Shown here: in pieces, positions 51,582-63,844 of the stretch
Numbering within the stretch: position 1 is the stretch's first letter
Layout of the letters: every line of letters begins with the position of its first letter
Source: Octopus vulgaris
Lineage: Eukaryota
Length of the DNA stretch: 64,000 nucleotides
Direction of reading: 5' to 3'
NCBI GenBank assembly: GCA_951406725.2
Contig: OX597814.1
Span: 197,346,001 to 197,410,000, forward strand
The notes under the pieces: generated by a model
The model's input: the letters and a program-made list of their open reading frames with translations, nothing else
Told to the model about the DNA's origin: nothing
Databases searched by the model: none
Program-made: the position numbers and the translations under genes

Positions 51582-51583
<2 letters not shown>
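51196..51583. repeat. Microsatellite-containing fold-back palindrome centred near 51363
   Basis: atacaagtacaaacttttacctt/aaggtaaaagtttgtacttgtat; outer tacatacataaaaacatacattgcatgcat/atgcatgcaatgtatgtttttatgtatgta. Confidence 0.85.
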
Positions 51584-51642
<59 letters not shown>

Positions 51643-52191
51643 ATGTATTTGCGTATATATAGTTTGTGTATATATCTGTATTTTAGTGTATATATATATA
51701 TATATATATATATTTGTGTGTATGTATAATCTTACTATTTATAAATAGAAATTGTGGCCATCTTAAGTGAACGCTATCTGTGTCATTCGTAGTATAGTTC
51801 ATTCATAAGTCATATCCCTCTCCCGCTGTTTGTTTTGTGTGAATGGGGATTGGACAACGTCAAACTCATTTGCGTTTCTTTTGAGATTAAATTTTACTTA
51901 ACAAGAATTGGATTTTAATTAACAAAGACACTTCCATTCCGAGTCGTGTCGTTTTGTTTTGGAATACGGGGACCCTTGAAATTAAAGCTGTTACAATATT
52001 ATAGATATTTTCCTTCGACGGAAAAGGTGGGATCTTTGGTTCTAAACAGTGGTATGATGTTTGAGGTTTGGAATAGAATTAAAACCCGATGTTAGCTGCT
52101 ATGTTATCAAGAAACTTCCATATAAAATCCATGCATATTTTTGGTATGTTCGCTTTTCATAGATCAACCTCTGTTCTATTAACTACTTCTA

Positions 52192-53440
52192 TTGAGTTAG
52201 CAGCTAAGTTCCCGCCGTGTTTTTAAATTTTGGAATTTATTGCGTTTTTAAATTTTGGAGTCTTTTTTTTTTCCGAGAATTCTTTTTTGAAACATTTTAG
52301 AATCTTTTTTTTTTTTTTCTAGTTAAATTTAGTTAATTTTTGTTTATTTTCAGATCATTAAAATGGAATGTCAAGTTAAGAAAAACGAGCATTTTCGACA
52401 CCTGCTTTTTGCTTTTAATCAAGGTTCTAAGGCCGCAAATGCTGCTCGCGACATTTGTGCTGTGTATGGAGAGGGTGCCATGGCTGAAAGAACCGCTCGT
52501 GATTGGTATGCCAAGTTCAAAAATAGAAATTTTGGCCTCAAAGATGCACCTCGCTCTGGCCGTCCAGTTGAGTTCGATGAAGAGCGATTAAAACAACTTT
52601 TGCATGAAAATTCTCGTCAAACGACAATGGAACTGGCAGAGAAAATGGAATGCTCCCACGCTGCTATAGAGAAGCATCTTCACATGGAGCATGGGTTCCG
52701 CACGCTTTAAGTGACAACAACTATAATCAACGAGCCACAATCTCCGCTGGCTTGCTTCCTCGTCACCGCTCAACTCATGGACACAAGCAACGATTTCTTT
52801 ACCGAATCGTTGCTGGCAACGAAAAATGGTACCTGTACATCTATATGAAACAGCGTAAGGAATGGCTTAGCACCGATAATCAAGCGACGCCGCGCGTGAA
52901 ACAAGATCTTCATCCGCGTAAAATGATGTCGTGCGTGAGGTGGGACTGGGAAGGGATTATCCATTATGAATTGCTTGAACGGAACCAAACGACCAACGCG
53001 GAACTCTATGTTCAACAGATGGAACGATTCAACACGGCTATTCAATCGGCAGCATGGAGTTCTTCTGCACGAAAACGCTCGCCTTCATATCGCCAATATA
53101 ACCAAGGAAGCCATTTAAACGCATGGCTGGGAAGTGCTGCCACACCCTCCGTACTCTCCTGATTTGGCACCAACGGATTTCCACCTCTTTCGATCTCTTT
53201 CAAATGCTATGCGCGAAGTTTCGTTCAATACTGATGCAGAATTGAGAGCTTGGTTAGATAAATTTTTCGAGTGGAAATCGGGTGATTTCTACCAACGAGG
53301 TATTGAAAATCTTGTTGAACTTTGCGAAGAAGTTGTAAACAACAAGGGTGAATAGATTATTGATTAATTAGTTATTTTTTATTAAACCATTTGAAAAATT
53401 TTAATTTTGAAAAGCAGCGGGAACTTAGTTGCCAACCCAA
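52192..53440 (+). mobile_element. Near full-length mariner transposon (~1.25 kb), inactive
   Basis: TIRs ttgagttagcagctaagttcccgc / gcgggaacttagttgccaacccaa; TA on both sides. Confidence 0.93.
52363..53355 (+). pseudogene. Mariner DD34D transposase pseudogene (frameshifts, stop, mutated catalytic motifs)
   Basis: HTH N-terminus, WVPHAL, GNEKW (normally GDEKW), LHENARLH (normally HDNARPH), PYSPDLAPTDFHLF spread over three frames. Confidence 0.92.
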
Positions 53441-54084
53441 TAGTAACGTATCTGTTGAACTGTGTTAATTTTGGTGCAACATGGCTGTTTTGTATCGCGC
53501 TCCGTATTTGCTTGATATCATGTGACAACCATAATAGGAAGCAGTAATATGTGCGTGCGTTCGTGCCTGCATGTACATATTTATGTATGTGTGCATGTGG
53601 TGAAAGAGATCAATTTTTCAAGCCGCAACATATCTAGCATTTTGTATCTGTACATCATGTAACCCATATTTCATTGGCTTTTAAACCGAATTCAAATTTT
53701 CAAATGATCAGCCATCAAGCTGTTAAATGGCCGCTGAGAAGAAACTGTTCAAACTGACGTGGAAACTTGCCAAATCTTTCGAGGAAATTGTTTGAGAAAT
53801 ATTGGCTGTGGAATGCTAGAATTTATTATAGCTTAAATACAACATTTCCTTAAAATGAGAATTTGAATCTCAACTTTATTTTCATTTTATATTTTCCATA
53901 CAATGTATTTACAAAATCGTATTGAAACAATGCAAGTCAAGAGGTCATGGAGCAGAGAGCTAATCTAACTCGAAGACGAACTAGGAAGGTTATTGGCAAA
54001 AAAAAAGACTAAATAAGCAATGAAAGCGGCGAAAGAGGACTCAAAAGATAAGGCATGTAAGAGTGCATATAAACTCAACTATAA

Positions 54085-54370
54085 CCTATCTATGGACCCC
54101 TTTGATTATGACTTTACTCTGGAGGACCCAAAGCCATTCGATGTTTATAAACTAGTTTTGTAGAGACTTCTTTCAAAATTCCTATTTTGTTTTTTACACA
54201 TTAATTTGTGTAGGTTGAACTATGTAAAATGTTAGAGATGCACCCCCAATACATACATCTAAAGCAAAAGTTTTTCAGGAGCCCTTAGAATATTAATGTG
54301 GATCCCCAATTTGCTATTTTGTGCTATGGACCCTCGATGCTTTTATATGGACTCTGGTTGCGAACCACAA
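54085..54370. mobile_element. Decayed hAT-like MITE with repeated ATGGACCC motifs
   Basis: Several tggaccc-like motifs; ends ggttgcgaaccac. Confidence 0.4.
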
Positions 54371-55357
54371 CTGATATAAATCATACTGTACTTTTTATCA
54401 TTGCACTTCCATTGTACAGACGTATTACGTGTGTGTGTGTATGGTGTGTGCATGTGTGTGTTTTTGTGTGGGCGTGTGTGTATGTAGGTAAAACACTGAT
54501 AAAAGCTTGAAATGGCGTCCAAATTCTTTTATATGCGTGTACTGTTTTTGTATAAGTAAAATAAATTTAACTTTTTATACAAGAGTGAAATCGTTTTGTC
54601 TAGATTTCGGTATTCATATGTATTATGAAGATCAAGATACAAAAAATCGTTATATGTATAGTTATGTATATTAAATCGAGATTTGTATATATGTGCATAT
54701 CCTTATAAATATGTATAAGTATATATGTACCGACAAAAGTATCTCTCTTCTCTCTCTCGCTATATATACATGTGTGTGAGGGTTGTTTGTGTATGTATAT
54801 TTGCATATATATTTATATGTATGTGTATTTACATACATATATATACACACAAGTATATATGTGTATGTATATACAATTATAGATTGTTTAAAAAGATGTA
54901 TTTGCATACGAAACTCGTACCTATATGTGTGTGTGTGGGGGGGTACGATTTTCAATCTTAACTCTCCTATCATGTTCTACTACAGCTAATGTCATACGTA
55001 GGATTAATAATACAAGACTAAAGGACCTTCCAGGCGCTACAGCTAGCAATACCCGTACACACTACACCAGCATGTATAGCAGCCCAGGCCACGATCGTCA
55101 AATCTCATATGTTATTACCAGTTCCAATTTGCATTCAATTCAACAAAGCGGGTTTGTTGATTGTGCAAATCCCGTGCACATCCACATTCTTATGAAAACA
55201 TCACTAGTATTAATCACGACTTTATTAATCCTGCCAAAGCTATCGGTGATAAAATTGGTTGGGGTGGAAGGTTAATGAAACTAGTGATGTCCTAAACCTG
55301 AAATACACCACGCGTGGACCCGCAGATAGGTTGTGTAATTATATGTGTCCTACTCCT

Positions 55358-55588
55358 GGCGGCGAGCTGGCAGAAACGTTAGCACGCCGGGCGAAATGCG
55401 TAGCCGTATTTCGTCTGTCGTTACGTTCCGTGTTCAAATTCCGCCGAGGTCGACTTTGCCTTTCATCCTTTCGGGGTCGATAAATTAAGTACCATTTACG
55501 TACTGGGTTCGATGTAATCGACTTAATCCCTTTGTCTGTCCTTGTTTGTCCCCTCTGTGTTTAGCCCCTTGTAAGTAGTAAAGAAATA
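55358..55588 (+). mobile_element. Full SINE family A
   Basis: ~17-bp imperfect TSD atatgtgtcctactcct / atatatgtcctgctcct. Confidence 0.92.
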
Positions 55589-55825
55589 TATATATGTCCT
55601 GCTCCTATCCATTATATAACATGCATCTAATAAACACTGTTTATCAATGTGTAGCTATTACAAATCAGACTAGTTACATTTACATAGGTGCTTCTCACAA
55701 TGACTTGAAGTTCTGATTATATAATCACAATATGATATGTAGGTGCGTAGCTAAGGCTTGAAGCATATCATCTGAAGTTATTTGAAAATTAAAGAGGGAT
55801 TTCACAGACTACAATAACAAATGTT

Positions 55826-56095
55826 GCGGTCGGAGGATCGCGGTTTCGATTCCCAGCCCGGGCGTTGTGTGTGTTTATTAAGCGAAAACACCTAAAAGCT
55901 CCACGAGGCCCCGGCAGGGGGTGGTGGCGAACCCTGTTTTACTCTTTCGCCACAACTTTCTCTCACCCTATCTTCCTGTTTCTTGAGTAACGCTGCGATG
56001 GATTGGCGTCCCGTCCAGTTGGGGGGAACACATACGCCACAGAAACCAGGAAACCGGGCCCATGAGTCTGACTAGGATTGAAAAGGGCGACGAAG
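55826..56095 (+). mobile_element. SINE family D variant (D head, tail shared with 61995-62255)
   Basis: ggatcgcggtttcgattccc head; gagtaacgctgcgatgga..ggaaaccgggcccatg tail. Confidence 0.82.
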
Positions 56096-56456
56096 ACAAT
56101 GTGCGATCGTTCATGTGCGGCATTCTATAGTATTTATAACAATAAGTGCAAGTTATGTATTGCATAAATTATGACAATCATGTATAGTAAAGGTAACATT
56201 AATAGATTTGATGAACTAATTCTAGATCTGAGGACAGACTGCACACTTCTACAAACTCTAATTCCCATTAAATAATACTACAAACTCTAATTCCCATTAA
56301 ATAGGGAGTTACTCCCCTCTTAATTTGTAGTTACTGAGATTTTTTAAAGCATCCCACTTTCCCTCAACTCGCCTGTATCTGTTCAAATTTATTCAATCTA
56401 TTAATATTCTCATTGGTACTTGACCTAGTTTCATTCACGTGTATATGCAGTCTTGT

Positions 56457-56832
56457 GGAGGCGCAATAGCCCAGTGGTTAGGGCAGCGGACTCGCGGTCA
56501 TAGGATCGCGGTTTCGATTCCCAGACCGGGCGTTGTGAGTGTTTATTGAGCGAAAACACCTAAAGCTCCACGAGGCTCCGGCAGGGATGGTGGTGATCCC
56601 TGCTGTACTCTTTCACCACAACTTTCTCTCACTCTTACTTCCTGTTTCTGTTGTACCTGTATTTCAAAGGGCCGGCCTTGTCACTCTCTGTGTCACGCTG
56701 AATATCCCCGAGAACTACGTTAAGGGTACACGTGTCTGTGGAGTGCTCAGCCACTTACACGTTAATTTCACGAGCAGGCTGTTCCGTTGATTCGGATCAA
56801 CCGGAACCCTCGTCGTCGTAACCGACGGATTG
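56457..56832 (+). mobile_element. Full tRNA-Arg(TCG)-like SINE family D
   Basis: tRNA-like head tagcccagtggttagggcagcggacTCGcggtc..ggtttcgattccc. Confidence 0.88.
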
Positions 56833-56979
56833 CTTCTCTCATATGCAGCCTTGGGTTCTCCATTATATTACTACGTGATGATGTCGAGACCTGGCTAAGC
56901 ATACGATGCTTCTCGTATGTTTTATCCCTGACAGTTCACTTTTTACGTCAGTTCCCTTCGAATTCCCCTGGGTTTCAAG

Positions 56980-57560
56980 TTATATTCTGATAAAAGGGAA
57001 CCATCATGAGCTTCTCAATGGACTTGCTCCCTCTGGCTTCCTTCGGTCATGAGGAGCCAGGATGGTTCCGTTGGACTCTCTGACTCGGTTTCTTGATCGC
57101 AGGAGTAAGTTCAGCTTTCGTCACAAGGTCACCAGAGAGACTTCAGTACTCTTAGATTGAAGGTAAAACGCTCAACCATTTCCCTGCTGCCGCCAATATG
57201 TTTTTCCTTTTGTTCGTCACTGAGCAACCTCGGAAGAAACTTTGCACAAATTTTGCACATGTTCAAATCTCCATTAATAATTCTGTGTACACTTGCTACA
57301 ACGGCTATAAACTGTATGTTTATTGTCTTTATAACAAAGTTGCGAAATTTTTTCAAAACCAGTTCTCATGTTCTAAAGATTCTCTCTTTCCCAAACCTCT
57401 TATCGTCTCTCACATCCCATCTACCATCCTTGAATCTCTTGAGACGGCGAAACACAGACGCTACGCTTATACAAGTTAGTTCATAGGCAGTCTCAAGTAT
57501 TTCATAAATTCATCAGTTTCTGTTTTTCTTCTGTCCATTTTAACACAGTACTTTATTGCA
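56980..57560 (-). pseudogene. Decayed mariner-type transposase fragment
   Basis: KICAKFLPRLLSDEQK followed in another frame by VTCDE. Confidence 0.7.
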
Positions 57561-57899
57561 TGATACGCTTCCAAATTGTCTTTAGGTTATGACTGTCGGC
57601 TGTGACGAGTTGTTTAGTGAGATGTATTCAAAGTGTTGTTACAACTGTCTTCTTCAATCTCGAATAAAACCAATATTGGCAAGTCAGCTTATTCTATGTC
57701 TAGTAATGATATACAAAAATTCCAATAATCTAGGACCGTTGTAACTGCCTGAGTTTCAACTTTTCGGGAATGCATCTCGTAAATACATTCTTGTCGTTGT
57801 TATAATCGTCGTCGCCATCAACACCATCGTCGTCATCTTCATCATGATCTTTATCACCACCATCAGTCACAGCAGCTGCAAGTGTCGTCTGCTCTCATT

Positions 57900-58620
57900 A
57901 AATTGAACACCATGACCGCCATCTTGGTCTTTTTGTGTTGTCCTTATACATTCGCTGTATTTTTGGTCTCATCAATTCTTCATTTTCTCAATCCAAGTAA
58001 TTCAAGGTTTTCCTTTTCTTCTCTTTCCATTCACTTTGTCTTCTGTTAAGTCTCTGTAAAACATTTCTCTAATTAAGTGTCCATATTTTTTTCTAGCGTT
58101 CTTCCTTTTGATGACATCTAATAAAATTTTCTTAGCTTTTACCAGTTTTAGAACGTTATTGGTTCTATATTTTGTCCATGATATTCTCAAATGTCTTCTA
58201 TATTTTCTCATCTCAATGACTTCTAATGTAGTTGATAATTCTTTTGTTAACGCCCATGTTTCGGTTCCATGTAATGGAGGAAAGCATACTCAACATTTTA
58301 ATCTTTTCTTTTTCAGGTTTCAATACTAATGTTTCTTAATGTAAATATAGCTGACATTTTCTTCTTTTTTTTTTTCGAAATGATTTTCGAGTCAAATCAA
58401 TCCTTTTGATGTCTACTTCATATTTCCTGCTTTCCGAATGCAACTATCCCAAGAACATTATCTTTGGTGTCTGCCTCGTTACCTCCTTCTTCCTTTCAAT
58501 TGTAATATTTATTCTTAGTGACTGCTGTATCTTACTGATTACCATTGATTTCGATTTCTTTTAGTTTGATTTCTATTCCATAAGAGACATCCGTTTTTCC
58601 CTCTGCTGCAGTCACAAGCG
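57900..58620 (-). mobile_element. Decayed RTE-clade LINE fragment
   Basis: YRRHLRISW..RTN..VL...YGHLIR...V.GKRRKGKP. Confidence 0.75.
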
Positions 58621-59376
58621 CACATACATAATTCCATTACCCAGTTCTAGAAACTTTCTACACAAAATGTGATTAGTTTATTCTCTTTACAGTCTTAATT
58701 AATATGAAATTATTCAGAATTTCCAATCGTATATTTTTTTATATAATTATATACGATCATAATTTTAAAGTCAAATAATAATTTGAATATCCTTAATTTG
58801 TTTTAAGGGACATATCATTAAAATCTTAACATCTTCCTTGAAAAGACGAAACATTAAATTCTCATCAACATCTTTATATTAATTTTAATTGGGAAAGTAA
58901 TTGCATCGTTAACATGCTTAAGCCATAATGTGTAGATATCAAATTTCCGTTTCTTTTACTTTGATTTTCATTATAGAGGAAACATCAGGGTTTTGAAATC
59001 ATTATTCTACACAAAAAAAAAAAGATTTATCGTTTCCAAATAATTGAATCAATATGAAGATTATTCCCGACTTAAATTCTTGTAGCTAATATTTGTTGGT
59101 CAGGGAATTTATCTTCATCTAAACTAATATTTCATATTACAGAATATCGATTTTTTTAAAAAAATGTAGTGTAATAACTTATTAACGTTCTCCACAAAAG
59201 TTTGCTAGCAAACTATTTCCATACACCAAGATTTGTTCTATTATAAGGTTATTTCTCGTAAATATTTGACAAATGCAATTTAACATTTAGCTCTGAATAC
59301 CTGAATACTTCTTGGTCATAACCGCATAAAATTGTGTCTGCTACTATATATGCTTGAATGCATAAATAGTTGTTAA

Positions 59377-59404
<28 letters not shown>

Positions 59405-59426
<22 letters not shown>

Positions 59427-59650
59427 GATAATATTAGGGAATAAATCCAAACTTACAGGGAAAAATTAGATTTAGGATTAAATCCAATTTTATAGTAGAA
59501 ATATATTATATTATATTAAATTAGAGATAAAACCACTATTAGGCAAATCAGTGAAAAACATAAGCCAATACATAAAATTAATTTTAAAATATATAAAAAA
59601 AAATTAAAAAATTATTTAAATAATTTAAACTTATAAATTTTAAATACATA
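59405..59650. mobile_element. AT-rich TA-embedded repeat; inverted partner at ~60720-60851
   Basis: attaaattagagataaaaccactattagg..cagtgaaaaacataagccaata is inverted at 60785-60851. Confidence 0.7.
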
Positions 59651-59660
59651 TATATATATA

Positions 59661-60693
59661 TTGTTCATAATGGCCCTCTCAGACTTGCCCTCAGCCACGC
59701 AGAGAGCCACGATCACAAGTTATGCAGATGATACAAAAGTTTCACAGGCAATACAGAACCCTGAAGACACTAAGCACCTGCAATGTGAGCTGGACAAAAT
59801 ATACAAGTGGGCTGAAAAGAATAGCATGCAGTTCAATGCTGAAAAGTTTCAAGCTTTATGCTATCAGCATGCAAAACTGAATGCAATACCCAATGAATAC
59901 ACTGGACCCGGAGGGATTGCAATCCCAGAGGCACAATCAGTGCGTGACCTGGGTATTCACATGAGTGATGACGCGACCTTTCATGTACATGTTGCTAAAC
60001 TGGCAATGAAATGTAGACGGCTGGCCGGATGGATTCTTAGAACCTTTAGAACAAGAGAACAAGAAACCATGATGGTCCTCTGGAAGACACTTGTCCTAAG
60101 CCACTTTGACTATTGCTCTCAGCTATGGTCACCATCCAGTGTCAAGTTGATCACAGAACTTGAGGCGATCCAACGAAACTACACGAAGAAGATAGCCTCT
60201 GTGCAGCATATAAGCTACTGGGAAAGACTCAAGAGAGCGTAGGCGAGAAAGATATGCCATAATATATATCTAGAAGATCCTGGAAGGACTTGTCCCAAAC
60301 TTTGGCATCGAGAGTCACACAAATGCCAGAACCCGGGCGCCACTGCGTAGTATCAAGGACTCCAAATTTGCCATCAAGATGTAGGACAAGATACTGTGAT
60401 AGCCTGGGCTTCAGAGGCCCCCAGCTCTTCAATATCCTCCCGAAGAACCTGAGGGACCTGCATGGTGTAGATGCAGATGTCTTTAAAGTAGGACTGGATC
60501 TCTTCCTGTCAGGTGTCCCGGATGAACCAACTTCACGGCAGGAGGTGCAGATGAGGGCAGCTGCATCGAACTCTCTCATGTACCAAATGGCAGTTGCTAA
60601 AAAGCATTCGTGAGGTAAAATCATGTAGCAAACCAAATGGCGGTGCCCCAGCATGGCCACAGCTCATTAGCTGGAACTGGAAAAATCAAAATC
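59661..60693 (+). mobile_element. 5'-truncated CR1-group LINE (RT C-half, small deletion, in-frame stop) inserted in (TA)n
   Basis: LFIMAL.DLP, YADDTKV, DYCSQLWSP, FRGPQLFNILP, VPDEP; tail (aaaatc)2. Confidence 0.92.
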
Positions 60694-60725
<32 letters not shown>

Positions 60726-60842
60726 ATTTTTATATTTATATATTATTTTATTTATTAATTTTTTATATATTTTTAAATTAATTTTATATATTGGCTTATG
60801 TTTTTCACTGTTTGATTTACCTAATAGTGGTTTTATCTCTAA

Positions 60843-60890
<48 letters not shown>

Positions 60891-61121
60891 CGATGAATAG
60901 CCTTCGCGTAAACCATTGGTTCGTTTTGTTCTCTTACTTTATTATCATCTTATCATCATCCCATAATAATGACCTTTATCACTCGTATTACTACCTCAGT
61001 CAATCTAAATGTATATATTTGTCACTACCTGTCATAAATAGCCTTTTTCTATTTGCAATATGCAATTTCGTTGATTTTTTTTATTTTTATATTTTACCCC
61101 TATATATATAGATAGATAGAT

Positions 61122-61167
<46 letters not shown>

Positions 61168-61202
61168 GGTTTAAATGTTGTCGGTTTGTGGGTTAAAAAA
61201 AT

Positions 61203-61363
61203 GCAGGAGGATTAGTTAATTATGATTATATTCAGCATATCCCCCTCTCAGGTTCACACACTTTTTACAGCAGTCCTTCAGCTTTATTAAACCTTGTAAA
61301 AGCACTTGAAAGGTTGGGCCTCTAGCCAACCCTTTCGTGATACCCTTAAAGTCAGCACCCCCT
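61203..61363 (-). mobile_element. Mariner-derived MITE (family of 14306-14505)
   Basis: Encodes LIKLKDCCKKCVNLRGGYAE, a transposase C-terminal remnant. Confidence 0.75.
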
Positions 61364-61994
61364 CCAAAACATGTAAAGAGTAACAAAGAGAGAAACATTT
61401 AGTATAAATTTCAAATATTTTATACTTTGTTACATAATTTAAGTTACCTTAATTAATTATATATCACAGTTACATATTTATGGAAATTGTGATGTTTGTC
61501 CTAAGGAAACATCTGTTGAGCTCTGTGTAAAATTTGCTTTTCTTTTAAATATGTTACACCATAAAATCCTTTTAACCGATTATGTAATTCTTGCAAGCTG
61601 GTCCTGCCAGGATTTACTGCAATGTAATAGCGTATTGGAATTTAACGACCTGTTATCAAATGAACTCTTAATTACTGTGTCTTTAATTTTGCTGCTTATA
61701 CTGCAATTCTGTGTATGGTTAGGTGTGTATGTATATACTGAACGACAAAAGAGCAGGACGTATGTAATCAGCTTACAACAGCATACGCTCTATGAGACAT
61801 TGCACTCGGAGTTGAGAAATGCGTTTTTGTTTCCACGCTGTATTGTGAAAAACGATGCAATACTCTGACTCTATAGAATGAATTGATTTGACATAGTAGG
61901 TCCTGTGAGTTGAATTGACGGTACGTTGGGACAGTAATATGAATCTAGAGTACATGAAATTAAGAGCCTAATTGGTGAAGGTCTAAACAATGTG

Positions 61995-62255
61995 CGTGGA
62001 GGCGCGTAGCTTAGTGGTTAGGGTGTCATCATCATGATCGTAAGATTGTGGTTTCGATTCCTGGACCGGACGACGCGTTGTGTTCTTGAGCAAAACACTT
62101 CATTCCACGTTGCTCCAGTCCACTCAGCTGGCAAAAATGAGTAACGCTGCGATGGACTAGCGTCCCTTCCAGCTGGGGTACACATACGCCATTGAAACCG
62201 GGAAACCGGGCCCATGGGCCTGGTGAGGCTTTAAAAGGGCGCATTTATTTTATTA
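61995..62255 (+). mobile_element. tRNA-derived SINE family C
   Basis: A-box tagcttagtgg, B-box ggtttcgattcc, tgtgttcttgagcaaaacactt; 13-bp TSD tctaaacaatgtg. Confidence 0.9.
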
Positions 62256-62367
62256 TCTAAACAATGTGAAGCATGGCGATGATGGAAGTCGTTTTCCAAT
62301 AGAAGTGACATTATGTGGAATGTTATATAGTCAGTATATCCTACTTGGCTGACTTTGGACATATATA

Positions 62368-63015
62368 CGAGGCGAAGTCAAAACTTATCCGCACTTTTGC
62401 CATAACATATCTTTATTATTGTCAGACTACCTTCTGCGCATGCGTACATATAGTTGGTACTATTGTGATCTCGTGATTGACGTTTTAACCTGATCATGCC
62501 ATTTTGCTTTCTGGCTTTACAATATAAGCATAGCCGCTCCACTAGCAATGTGCACCCAAGAAGTAGTGATCCGATTTCTTTGGTCGGAAGGTGTGTCAGG
62601 TGCTGAAATTCATGGGAGGCTTTTAGCACTATATGGGGACAGTGTATTACTGCGTAGAAGTGTGTATGAGTGGATCAAGAACTTTAAAATTGGCTGGACA
62701 AGCGTGACGCACGAAGAGGAAGCAGGATGCCTGTCAAACTCAATTACTCACGAGAAGATTCAACAAGTTCGGGAGATGGTAAACGGTGAACCGGTCCACC
62801 ATTACCTCTGCTTTTTGTTCTCTTTTTGTGTACATTGCTAGTGGAGCGGCCATGCTTTCACTGTAAAACCAGAAAGAAAAATGGCGCAGTCACGCTCAAA
62901 CCTTGATCACGTGACCACAATAGTACTAACTATAAGCACGCATGCGTTGAAGGTGGTGCGATCATAATAAAGATATTTTATGGCTAAAGTGCGGATAATT
63001 TTTGACTTCCCTTCG
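62368..63015. mobile_element. Fold-back mariner-type element made of two inverted left ends
   Basis: TA-CGAGG.. TIR; ~190-bp inverted arms; transposase HTH fragment VIRFLWSEGVSGAEIHGRL..YG..VYEWIKNFK. Confidence 0.85.
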
Positions 63016-63084
63016 TATATAGCTGAGAACCAATAGAGATAGAAACGTAGAATACTTCACCGTGAATAACTTAGATAACTTACA

Positions 63085-63450
63085 TAGGTTTCGGCTAAAA
63101 GTGACCCAGAGCATGCTTAACTTAAGAGCTTCAAGTTTATTGTGCTTTCATTACTCTTTCAAGTAATGAGTCTTGACTGAGATGCATCTGAAATTTGTTT
63201 AGGTATCGTTTGAAAGTGATGGAATGATTTTCTCCTTTGATTAGTTTTTCTCGGGATGATGTGAAACAGAGTGAAGACACTGGAAGAGAAATAATTGCTT
63301 GTAATGTGATTGTCTCCTGAGCCTGAAATGTGTCAGGAGAATATATCATGGATCCTCGCTCTTGGGTGAATTCTAAATTGGATGTTAAGGTGTTCTACAC
63401 AATGTTGCTGATATATTCTCCATATTGTGAATATTTAGGTGATAAAGACC
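63085..63450 (-). mobile_element. Old decayed relative of the 28812-30362 LINE (3' end)
   Basis: IWRIYQQHC..IQFRIHPR vs [17 protein letters not shown]; 3' UTR ggtttcggc..ccag..catg..taacttaa.agc shared with 28833-28875. Confidence 0.7.
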
Positions 63451-63718
63451 AAAGATAAATAAATATGTAATACTCTGAGGATGTAAGACAACATGACTGC
63501 AGCATGGTTGGAGTGGTCACCATAATTCTGATACGGTACAGCTTCATTGTGGGCAACAGAAATAAAAGCTGGTACAACTTGGCCCAAAATATAACGGTTA
63601 ATTACTGACAATGGATAGTAATAGAAGGATGGATTCCTAGAAAATGTATTGAAACTGTTGTTTTTTCCAGCCGACTATATTTTACATATAGTGTGTTCTG
63701 CAGTACAATCATTATATA

Positions 63719-63757
<39 letters not shown>

Positions 63758-63844
63758 CTGTGTGTGTGTGTGTGAAAGAAATATACATATATATACATAA
63801 ATATATATAGATATATATACACACACACAATTATATATATATAT

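Noticed and set aside
56457-56535. tRNA-Arg gene
   Set aside because: Imperfect cloverleaf that continues into a multicopy SINE body.
63137-63577. Possible host exon
   Set aside because: Translates as a decayed relative of the CR1-group LINE C-terminus and shares its 3' UTR.
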